32,000 nucleotides of DNA, from NCBI RefSeq assembly GCF_000020025.1, contig NC_010628.1, positions 6,000,001-6,032,000 on the forward strand. Reading direction: 5' to 3'. Source of the stretch: Nostoc punctiforme PCC 73102 (GTDB lineage Bacteria > Cyanobacteriota > Cyanobacteriia > Cyanobacteriales > Nostocaceae). The notes beneath the pieces were generated by a model, which saw nothing but the letters and a program-made list of their open reading frames with translations, searched no databases and was not told where the DNA came from. The position numbers were made by a program, and so were the translations under genes. Positions 1 through 8,675 of this stretch are shown piece after piece (position 1 is the stretch's first letter; every line of letters starts with the position of its first letter).

Positions 1-401
<401 letters not shown>

Positions 402-859
402 TTATGAGCCTGAGAGTATTGCCTGCAAAACTGCCAGTAAATTAACCCAGTTAGCTTTTAGATTAGAACGTTTTGCGTTCTCAAGGCTGGTTTATTAAGA
501 AGTGTGTAGAACCTGTAGCTTAGATACATCCAGTCTCAAGAGTACATACTCTTGTTTGGCTGAGATCAAATCTAAGTTTTGTAACTCAGGAATAGGCTAG
601 GCATGGTCTACTGATGCCGAAAACCTCTGTTTTGATGTTTGTGGCAGTATCCATTTTACGATTATTGCAACTGTTGCAAAATCTTAGTTGAAACTAAATT
701 TCCTTCAGCAATGATCGGTGGACAGTAGTCACTAGTCGATGTTAAGTTGTTTTTGCTACTGATGACTGAATATTACGAAATAACGCCGCCCTGGAAATAA
801 TTCTCAAATTGCGGTGTTTTTTAGCTTTAGCTATCAGTATTCTTTAACGGGAAAATACT

Positions 860-1390
860 ATGCGCAAAAGTTCTAAATTTAACTATTTAACCCAAGTTGC
901 CTTGTCTGCGATCGCAGTTATTTTAGCTGTCACTCCTGCAAATGCGCTTCCCGAGCAGAACATCAACACCGTTGTTAAGTGGGCAAAGACTCGTTCGCAA
1001 CTACCAACTTTGAGATACAACAGTGAAGCCCACGGCTACGAGGGAACAAAAGGAAAATTATACTTTTATGCTAATGTCACCGAAGAAAATGGGACAGTGA
1101 CCAAAGAAGGAATAACCGTGAGTGGTGACTCAAGCATCAAATTCACCACAAAAAATGCCAAAACGGTGAAACTATTAGAAAATATTTATAATTCTAATAT
1201 TGCTAATGACTTCCAGAAGTCTCGGTATGCCACCAAGGTTGGACGTGACCAGTTTTATCGTGGACAAAAGTTTGCTTACATCACGACGGCGGTGCAAGGT
1301 GGGTCATCATTCCAGATAATTCCCTTGAATAAGTTGCAAGAGTTTATAGATAATGCCAAATATTGCCAAACTAATCAATGCGACATTTAA
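860..1390 (+). CDS. Hypothetical secreted protein (176 aa), no family recognised
   Basis: ORF-track frame. The N-terminus looks like a Sec signal peptide (MRKSSKFNYLTQVALSAIAVILAVTPANA/LP). There is a C-terminal Cys pair (CQTNQC). It ends 28 bp before the next plus-strand gene, so the two are probably co-transcribed. Confidence 0.55.
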   Translation: MRKSSKFNYLTQVALSAIAVILAVTPANALPEQNINTVVKWAKTRSQLPTLRYNSEAHGYEGTKGKLYFYANVTEENGTVTKEGITVSGDSSIKFTTKNAKTVKLLENIYNSNIANDFQKSRYATKVGRDQFYRGQKFAYITTAVQGGSSFQIIPLNKLQEFIDNAKYCQTNQCDI

Positions 1391-1418
1391 TTAAGTGTGT
1401 TATTAAATTTGGTATTTC

Positions 1419-2552
1419 ATGCTGATAAAGCGACGTAAATTTATAGGCTTAATTCCTGCTTTGGTAACAGCTAGTACTAGCTGCATTCTTTTGAGTTTCA
1501 ATACCACCAAATATTTAACAGTTAATCGGAAACGAAATTTACCCTTCTTCTTAGGCTGGTATGACCACATTTACAATATTGATGTTTCAACCCAAGTATC
1601 TTCTAAAGGAATTGATCTATTAATACCTTATGTAGTACAAGCAGACAAGGGAAAAATTCAAGCATTTCTGGATATTTCTAAGAAAGCAGGAGTAAAAGTT
1701 TTATTAGAAATTTATCGTCCCCTAGTTGAATCAGAAAATATCTTAGGAGTAAAACATTTTATTCTTACTTATAAAAATCATCCTTCTGTTTATGGTTGGT
1801 ATCTTTATGATGAACCAGAGATTAAAAAACCTACACCGCTCTCTCCAGATTTATTAAAAAAGATATACCAAGCTATTAAGGAAGAAGATAATTATAAGCC
1901 AGTTGCTTTAGTCTTTGCTGACATTAAAAAAATTGAATCTTACGCCGATGCAATGGATATACTGATGTGGGATCGTTATCCTTGCGAGGAGGGAGTTTCA
2001 GAATTCGAATGGGTATTATCTTACCGAAAGGCACTGTATAAAGTAATTTCTCTAGCTTATGTTAAAAAGAAAAAATTTTGGAACGTACTACAGGCTTATA
2101 GCAAAAATCAGTTCAAAAAACGACTACCAACAAAAAGAGAATTTCGCTATATGTTTTACTTATCAGTCCTTACAGGGGCAGATGGGCTGCTATTTTGGAC
2201 GCACTACCTCTCTTCACATTTCTGGAATGAGTCAGTTTTGTATCCTACTATTCAGGAATTTCGAGATTATGTTCCTGCAATTGTTAGAGGGGAAGATTCA
2301 AATAATCAAGTACAAGTAAATCACTCAGATATAGAAGTTAAATTATTCTCTATTCCTAATACTAAAAATTTTTTGATGATAGCTGTTAATCACAATGATA
2401 CTCAGATTAATCTCACCGTAAAACTCCCTCAAAAATTAGCTAATAAATTAGTTACTTTTAATCAAAATCCTATTACCAAACTATCTACTGAGGCAGGTTT
2501 CAGTACTATTTTAGAGGCTTACGAAGTTCGTCTATATCAAATTGGGATGTAA
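1419..2552 (+). CDS. Putative exported polysaccharide hydrolase-like protein (TIM-barrel GH clan-A-like; assignment is motif-level only)
   Basis: ORF-track frame, 377 aa. The N-terminus IKRRKFIGLIPALVTASTS resembles a twin-arginine (Tat) signal or anchor. HPSVYGWYLYDEPE resembles the strand-4 N-E-P acid/base motif of clan GH-A hydrolases. It sits in an EPS locus, where processing hydrolases are common. Confidence 0.45.
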   Translation: MLIKRRKFIGLIPALVTASTSCILLSFNTTKYLTVNRKRNLPFFLGWYDHIYNIDVSTQVSSKGIDLLIPYVVQADKGKIQAFLDISKKAGVKVLLEIYRPLVESENILGVKHFILTYKNHPSVYGWYLYDEPEIKKPTPLSPDLLKKIYQAIKEEDNYKPVALVFADIKKIESYADAMDILMWDRYPCEEGVSEFEWVLSYRKALYKVISLAYVKKKKFWNVLQAYSKNQFKKRLPTKREFRYMFYLSVLTGADGLLFWTHYLSSHFWNESVLYPTIQEFRDYVPAIVRGEDSNNQVQVNHSDIEVKLFSIPNTKNFLMIAVNHNDTQINLTVKLPQKLANKLVTFNQNPITKLSTEAGFSTILEAYEVRLYQIGM

Positions 2553-2753
2553 AAGATGCTTTGATAAGATTCTCCAAATCAACAAAACAGTAAATACTTC
2601 AAGATTTTTGCATAGAAGGATAATTTTATGGCGTTGCAAAAATTAGCGTATTCGATAATATATTTGGAGGCGAATCGCTTTGAGTTAGAAGATAGAAAAA
2701 GCAAATAAATAAAAAGTACGATCGCATTTTAATTGATTAACAAATATATTAAT

Positions 2754-3911
2754 TTACCAAGTTTTTACTCCCATAATTTTCTGGCGAAATAATTGATATG
2801 TATATCCAGAAAAGTGAGCAATCGGCATACTTAATAAAGTAACACCACAAAATAACCAACGGCTAAAAAATGATGGTATTTTATCTTCATTACCTCGCCA
2901 AATTTCGGCAGAAAAGCTTTTCCAATATACCAAATTAACTCGTAAACTCTCTAAAAAAGGCAAAAATAAACCTATTATAACTAATATTTCTATAGGCAGA
3001 CCTAGATTGGGAAACAGTAAATCAACAATCAGAAGTAAAATTACAGTAGATATAAATACAAAAGGTAATAAACCTCTTAACTGCGATTTTAGTTTGTGTT
3101 TTGTACTCGTTAAATAGCGACCTCTGCCATATCTAAAATATTGAATAAACAAGGACTTCCAGTTTTTTCGAGGGTAGTACCAGGCACGAATTTTGGAGTC
3201 AATATAGATTGCTTGTTTATTGTGGGAAATTAATCTTTGATTTAATTCAGCATCTTGGTTAGTAATTTGTGTTGTGTCAAATACTTTCTTTAATCTCAAG
3301 TTTAATTCAGCATCTTCATTAGAACTTGCTTCGATATTATAACCTTGTATCTCTAATAAACTCTTTTTCCAGAAGCACCCTAAATAAACTGTATCTGCAT
3401 AACCTGTATAGTTGGGATTTCTATATTTAGCTCCACCATTACCAAGAAAACTTTTGGATGCAAGGGAAACACCAGCTTGGAAGGAAGTTTGTGCAACAAA
3501 ACGCTGCGCTCCACCAACATTGCTAGCTTTTGATTCTAGCAAAGCCTCGATACATCTTTCAATATAGTCAGGTGCATAATCTGAATGGGCATCAATTCTA
3601 ATAAAAATATCACCTACACATTCAGACAAAATTAAATTAAGACCAGCCGATTGAATTTTTTCAGGATTGTGTATTAATTTAACTCGTGCATCTTTATCTG
3701 AGAGTTTTTTGACTATTTCTTGAGTACCATCATTGCTGCCACCATCAGCTACAAATATCTCGATTAGGTTAGGATAACTTGTTCTTAAAAACCCTAAAAC
3801 CAGGTTTTCTATAAAATTTACCTCGTTATAAGTTGGTATGGCTACGGTTACAGAGGGAAAAGTCTTGACTCTGGGCTCAAATAACATATTAGACTTAGCT
3901 ATCATATTCAA
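2754..3911 (-). CDS. Family 2 glycosyltransferase with C-terminal transmembrane region
   Basis: GT2 hallmarks are present: VTVAIPTYNEVNFIE, ADGGSNDGT, IRIDAHSDY (DxH/DxD position), and NEDAELNLRL / NQDAELNQRL (ED motif, duplicated). The C-terminal ~100 aa are hydrophobic. It is the last gene of the minus-strand operon. Confidence 0.85.
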   Translation of the reverse strand: MNMIAKSNMLFEPRVKTFPSVTVAIPTYNEVNFIENLVLGFLRTSYPNLIEIFVADGGSNDGTQEIVKKLSDKDARVKLIHNPEKIQSAGLNLILSECVGDIFIRIDAHSDYAPDYIERCIEALLESKASNVGGAQRFVAQTSFQAGVSLASKSFLGNGGAKYRNPNYTGYADTVYLGCFWKKSLLEIQGYNIEASSNEDAELNLRLKKVFDTTQITNQDAELNQRLISHNKQAIYIDSKIRAWYYPRKNWKSLFIQYFRYGRGRYLTSTKHKLKSQLRGLLPFVFISTVILLLIVDLLFPNLGLPIEILVIIGLFLPFLESLRVNLVYWKSFSAEIWRGNEDKIPSFFSRWLFCGVTLLSMPIAHFSGYTYQLFRQKIMGVKTW

Positions 3912-3938
3912 TTTACTTTGGATAAATAAAAAATTAAA

Positions 3939-4712
3939 TTACAAGAAGATTTTCATCGGGATCATCATAAAGCGCATACATGCTTTTAAAAAACACAAAC
4001 TATCAGTTTTGAAGCTATTAATAGGAGATAGTGTAAAGTATTTCTTACGTAACTCTCTGTGTATCTTATAATGTTTAAAGACTTTTATAGAAGATACACC
4101 TGTCGTGTCATAGTAAGAAATTGGAAAATAGAGCAGGTATGGTTGAGCAATCAAAGAGGCTCTAATATTAAAATCATAATCCATTTCTAAAGTTAGCCGC
4201 TCATCATATAAGCCGACTTCCTGGAGAAGTTTTTGTGAGAAAATAGTAGACTGGTGACAGATAGGATTGCGAGGTAAAAATAAGTTTTGATCCCAATGGC
4301 TATACTGCTTAATATGTCTTTTTAAGTATTGTTTACGGCTCAAAGAGATAGTTTCCCCAAATGCCCAAAGCCACTTTTGTTTTATATAAGAATCTACAAT
4401 TTTAGTAATTACGCCTTTATTAACTAAAGTATCTCCAGAATTTAAAAAAATCAATAGATTACCTGATGATTTCATTAATCCCACGTTAAAAGCATTAGCA
4501 ATCCCAATACCATTTTGCTGGAACATATTTACTTTTTTTTCATGATTATATTGATTAATAATGAAAACTGTTTCGTCTGTAGAATTTCCATCAATAATAA
4601 TGTGGTTTATATATTTGTAATCTTGCATACTAACACTATCTAAAGTTTTAAGTATACAATTGGAAGAATTTTTTGTTAGAGTAATTACGTCAACTTGAAT
4701 TAGGTTATTCAT
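3939..4712 (-). CDS. Family 2 glycosyltransferase (WcaE-like short GT2)
   Basis: VDVITLTKNSSNCILKTLDSV, IIIDGNSTDET and IFLNSGD motifs are typical of GT2. There are 26 bp between the upstream gene's stop and this gene's start. Confidence 0.85.
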   Translation of the reverse strand: MNNLIQVDVITLTKNSSNCILKTLDSVSMQDYKYINHIIIDGNSTDETVFIINQYNHEKKVNMFQQNGIGIANAFNVGLMKSSGNLLIFLNSGDTLVNKGVITKIVDSYIKQKWLWAFGETISLSRKQYLKRHIKQYSHWDQNLFLPRNPICHQSTIFSQKLLQEVGLYDERLTLEMDYDFNIRASLIAQPYLLYFPISYYDTTGVSSIKVFKHYKIHRELRKKYFTLSPINSFKTDSLCFLKACMRFMMIPMKIFL

Positions 4713-4738
4713 GATTTTTTAAACTTAGAGTGAGCTAT

Positions 4739-6055
4739 TTACCATCGAGAAATAGCGAGATCAATATAATCTATAATAGATGATGTAAATATATGACCTT
4801 CTAAGTAATTAAATGTAGGATTTGCACGAGAGTTAGCTTGTAAAAAATAAATAAAGTAACTAAACAATAACGTAACTAAAGTAAGCATAGACAAAAACTT
4901 TATTGGTGGTTTAAGGTTACTCCTTCTTTCTAAAGGTAAATAGAAGAAAATTCCTAAAAAGGATAGAAGTATAAGACTCAATCTCAAAGGAAGGTAATCA
5001 AGATTACGGGTGAATAGGAATAAAATTGACTGCAACGCATAAAGACATAACATACTTAAGTCTAAACGTTTTTCTTCTGAAGTAAGGCTAGAATTTGAAG
5101 TTGTCTCAATGTAATTATCTCGTGAGAGATTTATATAAAAATAACCAAGAAATACTATAAGCACTAAATGAGCTAGAAAACCTATACTAGCTAATTGGTT
5201 TTTTACAAAAAATGCACTTTTAGCGGCTAAGAAACTAAGTTGGGGAATACTACTAATTTTATCAAAGATAGATGCAATAGTAGCTTGATTAACAGAATAT
5301 ATTAATCCAAATACAAATAAAGTGATACTGATATATTTAAGTAAAACACTAATTTTATGAAAGTTTTTATCTTTTAATAAGCTATTTACATCAAGAAATT
5401 GCATAATTATTATAGGTAAATAAAGGATTATCGAGTAATGATTTATAATACTCAAAAACAAAAATAATATACAAATAACCTTATTTTTTGTAGAAACTAA
5501 TGCACACAGAAAAAAAGTACTAGACATGAATTGGCGCATTATAAATGCTTGAAGATAAAATGCCGGATTTAGTAAAATAAAAAATATCAGTAAAGCATAA
5601 TAGTTTTTTGAAAATCCCTTACAGATTACGAAAAATGTTAGAAGATTAATAATAAAAGACCAAAATAATAAGAAGCCGGTATCTGAACCATTACAAATAA
5701 TAAATAATATAGAAGCAAGAAAATAAAAACCTGGTTCAAATGGGAAATTGGCTGATTGAAAACATTCTACAGGATTATTACCATTACAATCTCGATACGC
5801 TATTAAATATTGCTCGGTATCAGCTTGAATATCTATAAGACAACAGAAAAGAGCGATGGTGACTGCAACTAGCACAAGTATAGAATTATTGAGTAAGCTG
5901 TCTATGCTATAAGATTTTGAGTTTCTATTGAGAAATACAAATAAAACTAGTGGTAAAACTCCAATTATCGGAATGTTTAGCCATATAATTATTCCAACAA
6001 ATAATAAAAAATACTTTTGATAGTTGGTTTGGACACTTGATAAATTAAAATCCAT
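4739..6055 (-). CDS. Multi-pass membrane protein, probable polysaccharide polymerase (Wzy / EpsG-like)
   Basis: 438 aa, almost entirely hydrophobic helices (about 10-12) with very AT-rich codons. It lies between glycosyltransferases and next to a Wzx flippase, the usual context for a Wzy-type polymerase. No sequence motif is diagnostic. Confidence 0.55.
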   Translation of the reverse strand: MDFNLSSVQTNYQKYFLLFVGIIIWLNIPIIGVLPLVLFVFLNRNSKSYSIDSLLNNSILVLVAVTIALFCCLIDIQADTEQYLIAYRDCNGNNPVECFQSANFPFEPGFYFLASILFIICNGSDTGFLLFWSFIINLLTFFVICKGFSKNYYALLIFFILLNPAFYLQAFIMRQFMSSTFFLCALVSTKNKVICILFLFLSIINHYSIILYLPIIIMQFLDVNSLLKDKNFHKISVLLKYISITLFVFGLIYSVNQATIASIFDKISSIPQLSFLAAKSAFFVKNQLASIGFLAHLVLIVFLGYFYINLSRDNYIETTSNSSLTSEEKRLDLSMLCLYALQSILFLFTRNLDYLPLRLSLILLSFLGIFFYLPLERRSNLKPPIKFLSMLTLVTLLFSYFIYFLQANSRANPTFNYLEGHIFTSSIIDYIDLAISRW

Positions 6056-6079
6056 TCTCTAATTATATATTTAGGTAAT

Positions 6080-7063
6080 TTAGGTAATCAAAGTTTTTTG
6101 AAATAAACCTAACCAGATTATATGTTCTTCTCTATCCATACTGATAATAGTAAATAAACTATAAATTTGACCTTTAGTCCAATTCCACATGATCAATGCT
6201 TCTGCTTTATTGTTCGGATTAATTGAAGCTTTAACATAGCAAACAATTATTTGCAAAAATCCCTTAAAAATTCGGAGAATAGATACAAGCAACCAAATAT
6301 AATAAGAACGGTTCCAACGCATAGCAGCAATGTAAGGAGCTGCGGCACCAAAACCATACATTAAGTTAAAAAGATAAGTTTCTGATATGCGCTTTGTGGA
6401 GATAAAATGGTGCAGCACACAATCAGGCGTATACCAAAGTTGATAACCTGCATTCAGAATTCGTAAAACTATCTCAGAATCTCCTCCTGCACTTAGCTTT
6501 TTTGCTTCTCTATCGTTGAGTAATTGTTTATCTAACCAGCCACTTTCCTCAAGGGCAGTTCTACGAAGAACTAAACCTGCACCTGGAATCTGGTAATTAC
6601 GCCGATTTAACTGTTTTGAAGTTTCGCCGCGCTCATAGGCAGCATATTTACCTGAATGTTTGACAAGGATGGGGGAAGGAGTTATTTCCCAATCGAGAAC
6701 TACTTTGCCACCAAAAGCACCACAATTTGGATGAGATACAGCAAATTGTATTGCTTTATCTATCCAGTTTTCTGATAAAAGGCAATCATCATCAACAAAA
6801 GCAAGCCATTTACTAGTTGTATTTTTAATTCCACATAAACGGGCGTGAGTTAATCCTTGTTTTTGCTCTACTATCCTACGCAAGCCGGGTATTATTTGTA
6901 AATTAATATGTTTTTCAACAACAGCACTAGTATTATCTGTACAGTTATTATCTACAACTAAAACTGTCCATTGATAGCTAGGAGATACTTTTGATAAAGA
7001 AAGGGCTGTAAGAACACGATCTAGCAAATTAGCGTTGTTATAAGTACAAATTATTATATCCAT
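6080..7063 (-). CDS. Family 2 glycosyltransferase
   Basis: MDIIICTYNNANLLDRVL, VVDNNCTDNT, AFVDDDC (DxD) and GAGLVLRRTALEESG are typical GT2 (rhamnosyl/galactosyl-transferase-like) signatures. The C-terminal tail is hydrophobic. Confidence 0.85.
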   Translation of the reverse strand: MDIIICTYNNANLLDRVLTALSLSKVSPSYQWTVLVVDNNCTDNTSAVVEKHINLQIIPGLRRIVEQKQGLTHARLCGIKNTTSKWLAFVDDDCLLSENWIDKAIQFAVSHPNCGAFGGKVVLDWEITPSPILVKHSGKYAAYERGETSKQLNRRNYQIPGAGLVLRRTALEESGWLDKQLLNDREAKKLSAGGDSEIVLRILNAGYQLWYTPDCVLHHFISTKRISETYLFNLMYGFGAAAPYIAAMRWNRSYYIWLLVSILRIFKGFLQIIVCYVKASINPNNKAEALIMWNWTKGQIYSLFTIISMDREEHIIWLGLFQKTLIT

Positions 7064-7116
7064 GAATCCAACCCTAAATTAGTTTTTTAATTGAAACTTA
7101 TTTGAAAAATATAACT

Positions 7117-8604
7117 CTAAAGCTTATTTTTAGCGGCGATATATTTTTTGATAGCTGAAAAACTGTAGTTATTACTAATAGCGAACCATGCCATTAAAAT
7201 AGCTATTTGTATCGAACATATAATACATCTTACTAGATAATCGTTTGGAAGCTGAAAGTTTAATAACACAACTATAAAAAACCAAATTAATGGGAACCAT
7301 AACCATTGAAACCAGAGAGTATAAGAAACAGATAAACGTTTCATTCCAAATACAGTTACCAAAAAGGTTGTGAGATATCCCAAATTACCTATAATTGCTC
7401 CTGTTAAACTAAAGTTATAAGCACCAATAGCAATTAATCCTAGTGACGAAAAACTGCCTAGCAACTGAATCAATGCACAAGCCTTAACTGCATTTGTTCC
7501 TAACAAAGAATAGTAGCCGACAGCATGACATGAATAAAGTGCGTAAATTCCTGTTGCAATACAAAAGGTAATGAAGTATTGACTTGCAGTTTGCTCAGGA
7601 AATAATAGTTTGAGAATTAATGGAGAAAGTGTTATGAGAGTTGCTCCCATTCCTAAAGCAACTAATCCATTGATTTGGGTAGCTTGTTTAAGTTGCTGTT
7701 CTAGTTGATGATAATTAACATTCTGCTGTCCAATTAGATTGCTTAAAGTTGGAAGTAAAGGTTGTACAGGTAATGCAGAAAATGAGTTGATTTGTGCGGT
7801 GATATCAGTAATACCTGCATAGACTCCAAGCACCTGGGTACCTAACAAGCTACCGACAATTAGCCGATCGCCTCTACTAAAAAGCACACTTCCCAATGTA
7901 TTTAACCACATCATTAAGCTGTAGCTTCCTACTGCTACTGCTTTGTGTTGATTCCAACTTAGACGCAGGTTCATATTTTGGAGTATCGATCGCACTACCC
8001 ATATATGACTGAACAAACTCACTACACCGATTCCAGCCTGCCATTGCATTAACTCGACTGTGCGACCTCCTAACAAAACTACAATCAACATTCCGACATT
8101 GAGTAGCACGGACTGCATTGTATTTAACACATTCATCAAGTCATAGCGCTGATGGGCTTGTTCGACACCAATCAAAATTTGTTGCAGTAATCGCGCTGCT
8201 ACTACCAACCCCCCAATTTGGATAGCCTGTATAACTTTTAACTGTTGTAACTGACCCAATTTAGGAAATAAATTCATAATCGGTTCAGCACCCATCCAAA
8301 GAACAATTACTGCTAAAGTTGCCAATATCAGCATCGCCCCAAAAGTTACAGTCAAGGTTTGCGATAGGCCATCAACATCTTTCTTTCCTAAGTCTTGGGA
8401 AACAAATACAGTTGTGGCTGTGGAAAGACCTGCTTCAGCTAAAGTAACCATTACCACCACAGCAGAAGCTAGAGTCCATAGTCCATACTCTTCAATTCCC
8501 AACAGGCGAATTAGTATAGGGATAATTAGTATGCCTAGCCCTATTTTGATTAATCCTGTTATTGAGTTGTAAAAACCGTTCTTAAGTAAGCTATTTTTCA
8601 CCAA
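7117..8604 (-). CDS. wzx: Polysaccharide flippase (Wzx / MOP-superfamily polysaccharide biosynthesis protein)
   Basis: 495 aa with about 12-14 hydrophobic helices, in the overall Wzx/RfbX-like pattern, within EPS-locus context. The track start is TTG (8604); the adjacent GTG (8601) is equally possible. Confidence 0.75.
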   Translation of the reverse strand: MVKNSLLKNGFYNSITGLIKIGLGILIIPILIRLLGIEEYGLWTLASAVVVMVTLAEAGLSTATTVFVSQDLGKKDVDGLSQTLTVTFGAMLILATLAVIVLWMGAEPIMNLFPKLGQLQQLKVIQAIQIGGLVVAARLLQQILIGVEQAHQRYDLMNVLNTMQSVLLNVGMLIVVLLGGRTVELMQWQAGIGVVSLFSHIWVVRSILQNMNLRLSWNQHKAVAVGSYSLMMWLNTLGSVLFSRGDRLIVGSLLGTQVLGVYAGITDITAQINSFSALPVQPLLPTLSNLIGQQNVNYHQLEQQLKQATQINGLVALGMGATLITLSPLILKLLFPEQTASQYFITFCIATGIYALYSCHAVGYYSLLGTNAVKACALIQLLGSFSSLGLIAIGAYNFSLTGAIIGNLGYLTTFLVTVFGMKRLSVSYTLWFQWLWFPLIWFFIVVLLNFQLPNDYLVRCIICSIQIAILMAWFAISNNYSFSAIKKYIAAKNKL

Positions 8605-8675
8605 AAATATTCTCTTTTAATACAAGCATTACCGCAAAAATACTAAAATAGTTAAGTTAAATCGCCATCAAGGGA

